Shown here: one piece after another, positions 10,230-18,925 of the stretch
How positions within the stretch are numbered: position 1 is the first letter of the stretch
How the letters are laid out: every line of letters begins with the position of its first letter
Source of the DNA: Candidatus Saccharimonadales bacterium
GTDB taxonomy: Bacteria > Patescibacteriota > Saccharimonadia > Saccharimonadales > 2-12-FULL-41-12
Length of the DNA stretch: 64,000 bases
Assembly: GCA_041600715.1 (NCBI GenBank)
Contig: JBFIJM010000001.1
Location: forward strand, 128,387 to 192,386
Direction of reading: 5' to 3'
The notes under the pieces: generated by a model
The model's input: only the letters and a program-made list of their open reading frames with translations
The model's database searches: none
Told to the model about the DNA's origin: nothing
Program-made: the position numbers and the translations under genes

Positions 10230-11005
10230 CTAGCCAAAAGCGAAGACACCAGCGCTTCAAATGGTTTGGTAGGCTGTTGCATTCGCCATACCGACGCAAA
10301 AGAAGCAATCGTATTATCGTTTAGATGTTTGGTCGAGCTGGCACATACATTGCCGTTATGGCCGACAAATGCGTCATCGCGTGACTTCTGATATATAACA
10401 CTTCCCTTTGCGCCTTTTGTAATCTCGTTTAGTATTCCGGTAATTTGCAAACGATTAGAACCAGATGTCAGCGGAGTAGTGAGCCCGAATTCAGTTACAA
10501 TCTTTTGGAGGACTGGTGTTTGCAGTATCAGTGTAATGTCGCGCTGTAGAAGTTGTGTACGGGGCATGCCAATACTACTCAAGGCGTTGGTTGTTATGGT
10601 GACGGGTCGAGGGCATTTGAGAAGGTATCCGTCCAGGATGGTAGTTGTCTCGCTGTTCTTGCCAAGATCTCCTGCCAGCATGACATGGTCAGCCCAAGTG
10701 GACGCTTCTAAAAAGCTCGCAAGGGACGCCCGGCTAAAACTACCGCTAGGATTGCTAGGAGCATACTCGATGTTTGGTAGCATCTTGGTGTGTTTCTCTG
10801 TACTGCTGGGCATGATAACTCTAATCGTGCCAGCACCAGCTTGGCTTGCAGACATATATGCAGTGGCCACATTAGAAAATTCCTGAGCTTGTCCGCCAAT
10901 TATCAACAGCTTGCCAGCTCCTCGTTTAGTTACTGGACGGGACCACTCTATTTCAGGGAATAATAATTCACTACCTTGTTCAAATAACCACTCAGGATGT
11001 TTCAT
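10226..11005 (-). CDS. YjeF C-terminal / carbohydrate-kinase-like protein (NAD(P)HX dehydratase-like, degenerate C-terminus)
   Basis: KRGAGKLLIIGGQAQEFSNVATAYMSASQAGAGTIRVIMP and ADHVMLAGDLGKNSETT match the YjeF_C pattern. The C-terminal GxGD motif was not found. Start placed at MKHPEW. Confidence 0.45.
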   Translation of the reverse strand: MKHPEWLFEQGSELLFPEIEWSRPVTKRGAGKLLIIGGQAQEFSNVATAYMSASQAGAGTIRVIMPSSTEKHTKMLPNIEYAPSNPSGSFSRASLASFLEASTWADHVMLAGDLGKNSETTTILDGYLLKCPRPVTITTNALSSIGMPRTQLLQRDITLILQTPVLQKIVTEFGLTTPLTSGSNRLQITGILNEITKGAKGSVIYQKSRDDAFVGHNGNVCASSTKHLNDNTIASFASVWRMQQPTKPFEALVSSLLAS

Positions 11006-11615
11006 GAATAACTTCTGACTTTTCATCGTTAACAATATACATATCACTATCGTTAAGCTCCAGCGTTTTTAATGGGTCGTATAAGCTACGAGCATGGTCG
11101 ATACTGTCTTTCATCCAAGGATTGTCAGCATGAGGCAGAATGTACTTGTCTAGCATGCCTAGGCCTTCCCATATTACTTCCTCTGCGTATAGAGGGTTGT
11201 CCTCCAGCTCTAATCCTTTGAGTGATTCATTCAAGACGCAGGCACCGGCACTTTCCCCTATGTATACGCCTCCATTAGATAGAAATTGAGGTAATATTTG
11301 ATCAAAGCCACTATGCCTCATTTCATATCTCAAACAAAACGTATTACCTCCCGTAACCCAAAGGGCGTTATAGCAACTCATCTTTTGTTTAAGCACCCCG
11401 ATATCTCTAAAATTCTTTAGATCCACTACTTCAGAAGTTAGCCCTAGATTGGCCATATAATCTTTTGATTCGTTTATCTTTATGGATCGTGCACGGTCTG
11501 CGTAGTAATCGCTAGCGTTGGGTATTATGCCTAGCCTTACTTCTTTAGGATCTCCTAGAAGCTTTAATAGTTGCTCTGGCTGAGGGATCCTGTAAGAGGT
11601 TAAGAATAACTTCAT
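10992..11615 (-). CDS. Peptidase E-like (S51) / type 1 glutamine amidotransferase-like protein
   Basis: MKLFLTS..., GGNTFCL and the nucleophile elbow YIGESAGACV are typical of the S51 dipeptidase E family. Confidence 0.65.
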   Translation of the reverse strand: MKLFLTSYRIPQPEQLLKLLGDPKEVRLGIIPNASDYYADRARSIKINESKDYMANLGLTSEVVDLKNFRDIGVLKQKMSCYNALWVTGGNTFCLRYEMRHSGFDQILPQFLSNGGVYIGESAGACVLNESLKGLELEDNPLYAEEVIWEGLGMLDKYILPHADNPWMKDSIDHARSLYDPLKTLELNDSDMYIVNDEKSEVIHETS

Positions 11616-11630
11616 ACTAAACAGTATAGA

Positions 11631-12914
11631 CTAACCCACGTCTGAGTAGCGACGAGCTTTTACAGCTCCAGCCAGGATACCAAGTAATTGCTCAGTTTCT
11701 TTTATATCGATACACCCATCAGTTATACTCTTGCCATACTCAAGCGATGATTTTTGTCCATCTGCCGGCGGGCTTTGTTTACCAGAACGTAGATTACTCT
11801 CTAACATCACTCCTTTAATTGCTGTGTCTCCTAGTATAATTTGCTCTGCAACATTCTTTACGACCCAAAATTGTTTAGTATAATTTTTGTCGCTGTTGTC
11901 ATGTGATGCGTCGACAACCACTGCCTCTAAGAGCTTCCTCGAGGTAACCGCATTTCTCTCTCTAATCTGGTCAAGAGTCTTTTGGATGTACTCCTCGCTG
12001 TAGTTGGGCGAATCTCTGCTACCCCGGAGTATTACATGAGCCGTCTCGTTGCCGGTTGTTTCTATCTCGGCATTTACTCCACTCATTTCGTTACCAAGTA
12101 ACACGTGAGGACGCGAAGCAGAATCCACGGCATCAACAGCAGATGAGATATTACCGTCAGGGGTATGTTTAATACCGACGACACTAGAGGTGCCAGAAGC
12201 GTATTCGCGAGCTTTTTGGTCCAGAGCATTCCGTGCACCTATAGCGTCGTATGTAACTAATCCATTGACGTACTGAGGTGTTAATGCGTTAAGTCTCTCC
12301 ATGGCCAGAGGCACGCCTTTATGAGTTATGGCATTAGCTAACATTCTCGTGATCATGACACCTTTGTTAAAATCGTAGACAACATTATTTGGGTTTAAGA
12401 ATTCAGTTAGGTCTGGATCGTATGTTAACCCTTTCCATCCAGCGACAGAACGGGGTTTCTCGGTATAGAATCTCATGATTATTTCTAGATCATCACCGTG
12501 TAATTTTCGTTGATCGACAATGAAATCAGCGTATTCTAAAGCGGACTTAGGGTCATGTATAGAGCAAGGACCAACAATAACAACCAGGCGATCTTCTTCG
12601 CCACGGAGAATAGTTTCTGTTTTGGTTCGACTCATCCTGGTAGTATTTGCAGACTGGGATGATATAGGCAGAACCTCTGTTAGTAGTTCCGGAGATATGG
12701 CTGTTCCCGGAAGTTTGGTTCTTTGATCCATTAAATCCGATGTTTCTACTGGATTTTCTGATATATCAAAACGTTCCCTAATACTTGGATACATTCCTTG
12801 CCTATGTTGATGCGCTATGGCTTGAGCCTCTTGCTCTACTTCAATTAGAGCTGGCTTCATGATTTCCGCTTTTAGCTCAATATTCTCTGACGTACTATAC
12901 GTTTCTGGTGACAC
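11631..12914 (-). CDS. aroG: 3-deoxy-7-phosphoheptulonate (DAHP) synthase, class I (AroG/F/H-type) with ~55-aa N-terminal extension
   Basis: RLVVIVGPCSIHDPKSALEYA, KPRSVAGWKGL and the SHDNS region match class I DAHP synthases. GTG start at 12914. Confidence 0.85.
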   Translation of the reverse strand: MSPETYSTSENIELKAEIMKPALIEVEQEAQAIAHQHRQGMYPSIRERFDISENPVETSDLMDQRTKLPGTAISPELLTEVLPISSQSANTTRMSRTKTETILRGEEDRLVVIVGPCSIHDPKSALEYADFIVDQRKLHGDDLEIIMRFYTEKPRSVAGWKGLTYDPDLTEFLNPNNVVYDFNKGVMITRMLANAITHKGVPLAMERLNALTPQYVNGLVTYDAIGARNALDQKAREYASGTSSVVGIKHTPDGNISSAVDAVDSASRPHVLLGNEMSGVNAEIETTGNETAHVILRGSRDSPNYSEEYIQKTLDQIRERNAVTSRKLLEAVVVDASHDNSDKNYTKQFWVVKNVAEQIILGDTAIKGVMLESNLRSGKQSPPADGQKSSLEYGKSITDGCIDIKETEQLLGILAGAVKARRYSDVG

Positions 12915-12932
12915 TGCTTTTCTCTTTCTCTG

Positions 12933-12963
12933 TTAATTAAAAAACCGCCTGTCTCGGCGGTTT
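12933..12963 (-). terminator. Intrinsic terminator / attenuator hairpin upstream of aroG
   Basis: Minus strand reads AAACCGCC-GAGACA-GGCGGTTT followed by TTTTTTAATT. It lies between a leader ORF and the DAHP synthase start. Confidence 0.6.
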
Positions 12964-12985
12964 ATTGTCTCGTTATTTTAAGTGC

Positions 12986-13063
12986 TTATTTCTTGATACG
13001 CACAGGAGCGACCGCCATTTGGGGCTTGGTAAACCAAAATAAATTAAAATAACGTTTGCTCAT
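12986..13063 (-). promoter_or_regulatory. Candidate leader peptide ORF (25 aa, MSKRYFNLFWFTKPQMAVAPVRIKK)
   Basis: ATG 13063 lies 7 nt downstream of an extended -10 (TGGTATAGT, 13079-13071). Five of codons 5-11 are aromatic. The ORF contains GGCGGT, which is complementary to the 5' arm of the downstream terminator. Confidence 0.4.
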
Positions 13064-13101
13064 AGTATTGACTATACCACAACTAATTTGCCCAGAAAAG
13101 T

Positions 13102-13269
13102 CTAAAGAGTATTCTCGTTGACCCCACGCATAAATGCGATGGCTTTACGCGTTGCTTCGGCTGTGCGTTCTAGTGTTGCTTGTTCTGTTTCGTCTAGCGT
13201 TTTGGCTTCCTGATCAGCAAAAACCATCTCGTCCAAGCTTTGAGGTGGCTCTAATTCTTGTAGGGTCAT
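13102..13269 (-). CDS. Small acidic hypothetical protein (55 aa)
   Basis: MTLQELEPPQSLDEMVFADQEAKTLDETEQATLERTAEATRKAIAFMRGVNENTL, preceded by AAAGGAGAACAAAT. It is below the ORF-track size cut-off. Confidence 0.35.
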   Translation of the reverse strand: MTLQELEPPQSLDEMVFADQEAKTLDETEQATLERTAEATRKAIAFMRGVNENTL

Positions 13270-13287
13270 ATTTGTTCTCCTTTAAGT

Positions 13288-13321
13288 ACTAAAAACTCCC
13301 GCTTTTTAATGGCGGGAGTTT
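13288..13321 (-). terminator. Intrinsic terminator downstream of the NUDIX gene
   Basis: AACTCCCGC / GCGGGAGTT stem followed by TTTTTAG on the minus strand. Confidence 0.5.
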
Positions 13322-13424
13322 GATATTTTTATAAAATGTACAAACAGCCCGCTATTGCTTGAGCGAGATAATCACCTTGTTTGATACAGTAATGATTTTG
13401 TACATAAGCGTTATTATGCCCCTC

Positions 13425-13895
13425 TCAAGTTGGGATGTCAAATGTGCTAATTGAGTGATCTAACATTTCATCTTCATCATTTAACTCGAATCTTGCACGG
13501 AAGCCACGACCGGCGATTAGTACCGGTAGCCAGTACTTATCATCGGGCCACATTTGGTTATACGGGATATCTTTGACGTTGTACCAAGCTGGACTCATTT
13601 CATCGCTTTCTGCGGGCTTGCCACCCCACTTATACGACTTAAATACATGTGCGTGCATACTCCCAAGCTTGCCGTCAACGGGTAGTAAAAAGTCTATCTC
13701 ACCAACTTTAATTAATTTTGATGGCGTAATATTAATTTCTTCTTGGCACTCTCGAATCGTTGCTTGCTCAGGCGTTTCATTGGGTTCAATTTTTCCTCCT
13801 ACGCCGTTCCATTTCCCTTCACCAAAACCTCGCTTCTTCATTGCTAGTAAGATTTGATTTTCTTTAAGTAGAAATAGAAGCGTTACTTCCTTCAT
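13425..13895 (-). CDS. NUDIX hydrolase, MTH1/MutT-like 8-oxo-dGTP diphosphatase
   Basis: NUDIX box GVGGKIEPNETPEQATIRECQEEINI. The upstream KRGFGEGKWNGVGG resembles MTH1-type enzymes. Confidence 0.75.
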   Translation of the reverse strand: MKEVTLLFLLKENQILLAMKKRGFGEGKWNGVGGKIEPNETPEQATIRECQEEINITPSKLIKVGEIDFLLPVDGKLGSMHAHVFKSYKWGGKPAESDEMSPAWYNVKDIPYNQMWPDDKYWLPVLIAGRGFRARFELNDEDEMLDHSISTFDIPT

Positions 13896-14683
13896 GAAAG
13901 CTCAATACTTATCGGACAATGGTCAGAACCCATAACGTCTGCATGAATTTTAGCTGTTTTTACTCTTGATTTTAGTTCTTCCGAGACTAGGAAATAATCA
14001 ATTCGCCACCCGACATTACGAGCACGTGCATTAGCCCAGTGTGTCCACCAAGTGTAGTGGCCGTTTCCTTTAGTAAACATTCTAAATGTGTCTATAAAAC
14101 CCTTGCTAAGCCAGTTATCAAATCCGGTGCGCTCCTCATCCGAAAAGCCTTTTTTGCCGATGTTTTGCTTAGGGTTCGCTAGATCATCTTCGGTATGTGC
14201 CACATTCATATCGCCACAGTAAATCACAGGCTTTTTGAGTTGTAGCTCTGCACAATATGAGGAGACGGCAATATCCCACTCTTGTCGTAGTTTTATGCGT
14301 GCCAGCTTGTCCTTTGCGTTAGGTGTGTAGCAAGTAACAATATAAAAGTCGTTAAACTCAGCGGTAATTACGCGACCCTCAGTGTTGGCGTCGCCGTAAC
14401 CGTCGGCGATCAGTCCACTTTCTTTCACGAATTTTTCTGGTATGTCGTTTATAACAGCAACCGGCTTAATCTTCGTAAAAATTGCTGTGCCACTGTAGCC
14501 TTTTTTATCCGCAGAGTTCCAATATTCCTCGTATCCTGTTAAATCAACTTCGGCTTGACCCTGCGAGGCTTTGGTTTCTTGCAGGCACAGTATATCTGGC
14601 CGGTGTTTTTCGATAAACGGTGCAAACAGGCCTTTATTGTGCACAGCCCGTATCCCATTCACATTCCAACAGTATATCTTCAT
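13892..14683 (-). CDS. xth: Exodeoxyribonuclease III
   Basis: MKIYCWNVNGIRA, LCLQETK and SDHCPISIEL are the ExoIII/APE1 family signatures. There is a 4-nt overlap with the NUDIX gene. Confidence 0.9.
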   Translation of the reverse strand: MKIYCWNVNGIRAVHNKGLFAPFIEKHRPDILCLQETKASQGQAEVDLTGYEEYWNSADKKGYSGTAIFTKIKPVAVINDIPEKFVKESGLIADGYGDANTEGRVITAEFNDFYIVTCYTPNAKDKLARIKLRQEWDIAVSSYCAELQLKKPVIYCGDMNVAHTEDDLANPKQNIGKKGFSDEERTGFDNWLSKGFIDTFRMFTKGNGHYTWWTHWANARARNVGWRIDYFLVSEELKSRVKTAKIHADVMGSDHCPISIELS

Positions 14684-14724
14684 GAGGTCATTGTATCAGA
14701 ATCTGATATACTACACTTCTAGAA

Positions 14725-15432
14725 ATGGCATATAAACGAGTACTTTTGAAGCTGTCGGGCGAGCAACTCGGCGGAAAGTATGAAAACGGTATTGATCCGG
14801 AGTTAGCTTCTTGGTTTGCAAAAGAAATCAAGAAAGTCGCAGATTCTGGCACAGAAGTTTTGATAATGGTTGGTGGCGGTAACTTTGTACGAGGTGCCCA
14901 GATTGCTGGTCACGGCATACGTCGCGTTACAGGTGACCATATGGGTATGTTGGCAACTATGATTAACGCTTTGGCGCTCACCGATATCTTTGAGGCTCAA
15001 GGAGTAAAGACCAGGTGCCTTAGTAACATCTTTGCCGAGCAAGTAGCTGAGCCGTTTGTGCATCGATTGGCTAATAAGCACCTTGAAAAGGGTCGAGTAG
15101 TTATCGCTGCTGGCGGAACTGGCCGTCCTTATTTAACAACAGATACCGCTGCAGTTGTCCTGGCTTTAGAGTTAGACTGTGAGATTGTACTTAAGGCCAC
15201 AAAAGTAGATGGAGTTTACGATAAAGATCCAGCACATCACGAGGATGCTATTAGGTACCAAGAACTGACTCTGCAACAAGCAGTCGAGAACGATAATATA
15301 AAAGTTATGGATAAGGCAGCGATCGGACTAGCAATGGAGCAAGGCATGAAAGTGATTGTATTCAATCCAATGGCAGAAAATGCCATCCTTGCTGCTGTCT
15401 CCGGCAACGACATCGGCACCAAAATCAGCTAA
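14725..15432 (+). CDS. pyrH: UMP kinase
   Basis: YKRVLLKLSGEQLGG, MVGGGNFVRG and the DGVYDKDP motifs. Confidence 0.93.
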   Translation: MAYKRVLLKLSGEQLGGKYENGIDPELASWFAKEIKKVADSGTEVLIMVGGGNFVRGAQIAGHGIRRVTGDHMGMLATMINALALTDIFEAQGVKTRCLSNIFAEQVAEPFVHRLANKHLEKGRVVIAAGGTGRPYLTTDTAAVVLALELDCEIVLKATKVDGVYDKDPAHHEDAIRYQELTLQQAVENDNIKVMDKAAIGLAMEQGMKVIVFNPMAENAILAAVSGNDIGTKIS

Positions 15433-15435
15433 CAC

Positions 15436-16083
15436 CTACAGGCCGTGAAGATTGGACTGATTAAAATTCAGTTTTGCTGGCCTTATTTTTATCTGTTCGT
15501 TTTTAAAACTAACAACACCCCGAAATAAAGTGATGTGTGGTCTGAGTTCAAGGGCCCACTTAAAATTGATACTATTTTGTATGAACTCTTGAGGGTCTAC
15601 TACCCCGCAGTCGTTAAGAAACATCGTCAGATTAGCTAGTGCGTTGGTATGTACGTTCTCTATGGTTTCGCTAGGCTCAAGGTTTAATACCAGTACGTTT
15701 TCTTTTATGCCAAACAACTCTAGAGTAGAGGTCGGAAGCTTAGTAGGTGGAGGCAATGACTTTTTGGCACGCTCTATATAGCCGTCAAGGGCTTCTGCGT
15801 AAACTGTTCTGCTAATATTTGGCAGAACTCGTTGAAGATCATAAAAGACATGGTCAGCAATACCGAAATGAAGAATTGTTAAATGCCATTTGGTTGGATC
15901 GACTGGCCTGCCCTTGATGTAAGGTTTTATATAATCTACTAAGTCTCGTAAATATTCACAAGCTTTGTCATCAGGAATTAGTTCTACGTACAGTCGATCA
16001 TCTGGTTGCATAATAATACTATAAGCTATTTGGCAATGAACGGTATTCTCTTCTACTCGTCGATACTTCGTTCGTGTCGACAA
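15436..16083 (-). CDS. 2H phosphoesterase superfamily protein (LigT / cyclic phosphodiesterase-like)
   Basis: Two H-x-T-x motifs, HLTILHFG and HITLFRG, are spaced about 120 aa apart. The true start is uncertain (track start is TTG). Confidence 0.45.
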   Translation of the reverse strand: MSTRTKYRRVEENTVHCQIAYSIIMQPDDRLYVELIPDDKACEYLRDLVDYIKPYIKGRPVDPTKWHLTILHFGIADHVFYDLQRVLPNISRTVYAEALDGYIERAKKSLPPPTKLPTSTLELFGIKENVLVLNLEPSETIENVHTNALANLTMFLNDCGVVDPQEFIQNSINFKWALELRPHITLFRGVVSFKNEQIKIRPAKLNFNQSNLHGL

Positions 16084-16170
16084 ATCATGCCACTGACATA
16101 AATTGCCTTACTGGCTCGAATCCCTCGAACAACAATTAAAAATAACCAGACATCTCTGGTTACTTTTAAT

Positions 16171-16260
16171 TGGCGGAGAGAGAGGGATTCGAACCCTCGA
16201 GACCCTTGCGAGCCTACAGTCTTTCCAGGACTGCCAGTTCAACCACTCCTGCATCTCTCC
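16171..16260 (-). tRNA. tRNA-Ser (anticodon GGA), CCA encoded
   Basis: Reverse complement is GGAGAGA...CAGTC-CTGGAAA-GACTG...long variable arm...GAGGG-TTCGAAT-CCCTC-TCTCTCC-G-CCA. Confidence 0.9.
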
Positions 16261-16364
16261 ATAACGCTCTGCTTATTTATACTAAAAAGGCAGACTAACA
16301 AATTTTACCACAAAAACACCTTGCAACAGATCACCGAGCAAGCGTAAACTAGTAATAACACATT

Positions 16365-17252
16365 ATGCCTATCATTGAACTTAGAGACGTGAGTAAAATA
16401 TACGGCTTCGGTGATGCTACTACTGTAGCTCTCGAAGAGGTCAGTTTAAGTGTAGAAAAAGGTGAATTTGTTGCAATCATGGGCCCGAGCGGTTCCGGGA
16501 AGTCAACTCTCCTTAATATGACAGGGTTACTGGATAGGCCGACTCATGGGGTTTATAGGCTGGATGGCCGTTCTGTTGAAAAGTTGCGACCAAATGCTCG
16601 GGCAAAAGCCAGACGCGATAAGATAGGTTTCGTGTTTCAGTCATCAAGCTTGCTTAGTGATCTTAATGCTGTCGAGAATGTAGCACTTCCCCTTGCTTAT
16701 CGTGGCCGAAGATTGGGTCGAAGAAATAAGCTTGCACATAACATGCTAGAACGCGTTGGTCTGGCCAACAGAGCGTATTATATGCCTAGACAGTTAAGTG
16801 GGGGCCAGCTACAGCGTGTGGCCATTGCCCGTGCCCTTATCAATGATCCTAGTATTCTGATTGCCGACGAACCAACAGGTAATCTTGATAGCGCTTCATC
16901 AAGGTTGGTTATGGAGCTGATGCGCGAAGTTCATCAAATGGGAAACACAATAATGATGGTGACGCATAACCCTGAAATTACCCGTTACGCCACTCGAATT
17001 CTTTACATGTATGATGGCCAGATCGTAAGAGATGAAGCAACCAAAGTGGGAGAAATTCCTAAAAGCGTAATTCAGGCCACTATGTTCAGGCCACAGTCTC
17101 AGGAAGAGGTGGATCTTGAAGCTGTATCAGCAATGGTAGAAGGTATACCTGCTCAAGGGGATGACACTCCATATCGACGTGCTACTAAAGCAAAGGCACG
17201 AAAAAAGACCAAAAGTAAGCTTCCAAAGCGAAAAAGGACAACAAAAAAATGA
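16365..17252 (+). CDS. ABC transporter ATP-binding protein (MacB/LolD type) with Lys/Arg-rich C-terminal tail
   Basis: Walker [10 protein letters not shown], signature LSGGQLQR and Walker B ILIADEPT. The C-terminal ~70 aa extension ends [25 protein letters not shown]. Confidence 0.9.
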   Translation: MPIIELRDVSKIYGFGDATTVALEEVSLSVEKGEFVAIMGPSGSGKSTLLNMTGLLDRPTHGVYRLDGRSVEKLRPNARAKARRDKIGFVFQSSSLLSDLNAVENVALPLAYRGRRLGRRNKLAHNMLERVGLANRAYYMPRQLSGGQLQRVAIARALINDPSILIADEPTGNLDSASSRLVMELMREVHQMGNTIMMVTHNPEITRYATRILYMYDGQIVRDEATKVGEIPKSVIQATMFRPQSQEEVDLEAVSAMVEGIPAQGDDTPYRRATKAKARKKTKSKLPKRKRTTKK

Positions 17253-18478
17253 TGATCTCCGAGAATGTTCGCATGGGTCTTCACTCTGTACGTAAAAGTC
17301 GGTTTAGAAGTATGTTTACTATGCTCGGCGTTATTATTGGTGTGGTTAGCGTCATAACAATTGTTAGTCTTGGCGAAGGCGTTAAGCGTCAGGTTGCCAC
17401 ACAGGTTAATGAACTCGGAACTAACTTGCTCACGATTCGGCCCGGAAAGCTAGTAAACCGTGATGTGAATGGCTCAATTACGAGCGTAAATTTGTTTGGA
17501 GCAAGCGGAGCCGGTAACTTGACTTCACAAGACCTGGCCTCTATTCGTAAGCAAGAAGGCGTTATCGCATCAGCATCACTAAGTGTAGTCAGTGGAGTAC
17601 CGATGAATGGAAGTAAGAGTTATGAAAGTGGCACAGTTATCGCTACTCAGCCGGATCTAGTAAAGGTAATAGATCATCCTGTGGAGTTTGGCAGTTTCTT
17701 TAAGTCTGATGAAGAAGGAAAAAAAGTTGCTGTCATCGGTGCAGATGTAGCGCTAAAACTATATGGTGAAGCCGTGCCGATTGGTAAAACTATTACTATT
17801 AGGGACCAACCGTTCATTATACAAGGTATATTCGAGCCGTTTCGCAATGGTCCAATTAGCGCCGAACTTGATTATAATAATACAATCTTTATCCCTTCAA
17901 ATTACGCTAAGTCTCTTTCTGCAGACAACCTCACTACATACGAAATTATAGCCAAGTTTAGTTCCGAGTCAGCAGAAGCATCTACTGCCAAAGCTATTAC
18001 CGAAGCGCTAAAGAAAAACCATGCAGGCAAAGAAGATTTTACAGTGCTGAAAGAATCGGAGGCATCGCTTGCGACCGCTAGTGTCTTGGAGCTTTTAACA
18101 AAAATGATTGCTGGAATGGCAGGCATAACTTTGCTTGTAGGTGGGATAGGAATTATGAATGTTATGTTAGTATCTGTCAGTGAAAGAACCCGAGAAATCG
18201 GTATCCGTAAGGCTATAGGAGCTACTAACCGCCAGATTAGACAGCAGTTTATTGTAGAAGCAACTGTTTTGTCCGTATGGGGTGTTATTTTAGGCATTAT
18301 AGCGTCAGTACTTCTTAACTTTGTTCTTCGGATTGTTACAGATCTAGAGCCAGTGCTGACATGGCAACCAATAATAGTAGCTTCACTATTATCGCTTGCG
18401 GTGGGCATTTTAGCGGGAGTTATACCGGCTATTAAGGCCTCTTATAAAGACCCTATTGATGCACTTCGCCCCAATTAA
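17249..18478 (+). CDS. ABC transporter permease (FtsX/MacB family)
   Basis: Overlaps the ATPase gene by 4 nt. It has an N-terminal TM, a large extracytoplasmic domain and a C-terminal FtsX-type 3-TM bundle (ERTREIGIRKAIGAT). Confidence 0.85.
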   Translation: MMISENVRMGLHSVRKSRFRSMFTMLGVIIGVVSVITIVSLGEGVKRQVATQVNELGTNLLTIRPGKLVNRDVNGSITSVNLFGASGAGNLTSQDLASIRKQEGVIASASLSVVSGVPMNGSKSYESGTVIATQPDLVKVIDHPVEFGSFFKSDEEGKKVAVIGADVALKLYGEAVPIGKTITIRDQPFIIQGIFEPFRNGPISAELDYNNTIFIPSNYAKSLSADNLTTYEIIAKFSSESAEASTAKAITEALKKNHAGKEDFTVLKESEASLATASVLELLTKMIAGMAGITLLVGGIGIMNVMLVSVSERTREIGIRKAIGATNRQIRQQFIVEATVLSVWGVILGIIASVLLNFVLRIVTDLEPVLTWQPIIVASLLSLAVGILAGVIPAIKASYKDPIDALRPN

Positions 18479-18480
18479 TT

Positions 18481-18924
18481 ATGAAAATTGTGACTATAGC
18501 TGTTGGCAAAAAACATGACCCAAAGCTAGTTGGTGCAATCGAAGATTATGAGAAACGCTTAACGGGCTTTTGTAATTTTTCGTGGATACTAATTCCTTCC
18601 AGTGATAAAGAAACTGAATCTGGGCAAGTATTAAAGCAACTTAGCAGTGATGATGTGGTAGTCCTCTTAGATGAACGCGGAAAGCTATGGGGTAACAATT
18701 ATCTTTCTCAGGCAATAGAATATTTACAGAATTCATCAACAAAACGATTAGTGTTAATTATTGGTGGTGCATACGGTGTCAACAATGATTTAATAAGACG
18801 GAGTGACTATATAGTTGCAATCTCCCCTTTAGTATTTCCACATCAAATTGTGCGTTTAATCGTAGTAGAGCAACTCTATAGAGCTTACACAATTTTATTA
18901 GGTGGAAAATACCATCACCAGTAA
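18481..18924 (+). CDS. rlmH: 23S rRNA (pseudouridine1915-N3)-methyltransferase
   Basis: SPOUT fold pattern: LVLIIGGAYG and FPHQIVRLIVVEQLYRAYTILLGGKYH. Confidence 0.85.
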   Translation: MKIVTIAVGKKHDPKLVGAIEDYEKRLTGFCNFSWILIPSSDKETESGQVLKQLSSDDVVVLLDERGKLWGNNYLSQAIEYLQNSSTKRLVLIIGGAYGVNNDLIRRSDYIVAISPLVFPHQIVRLIVVEQLYRAYTILLGGKYHHQ

Positions 18925-18925
18925 G

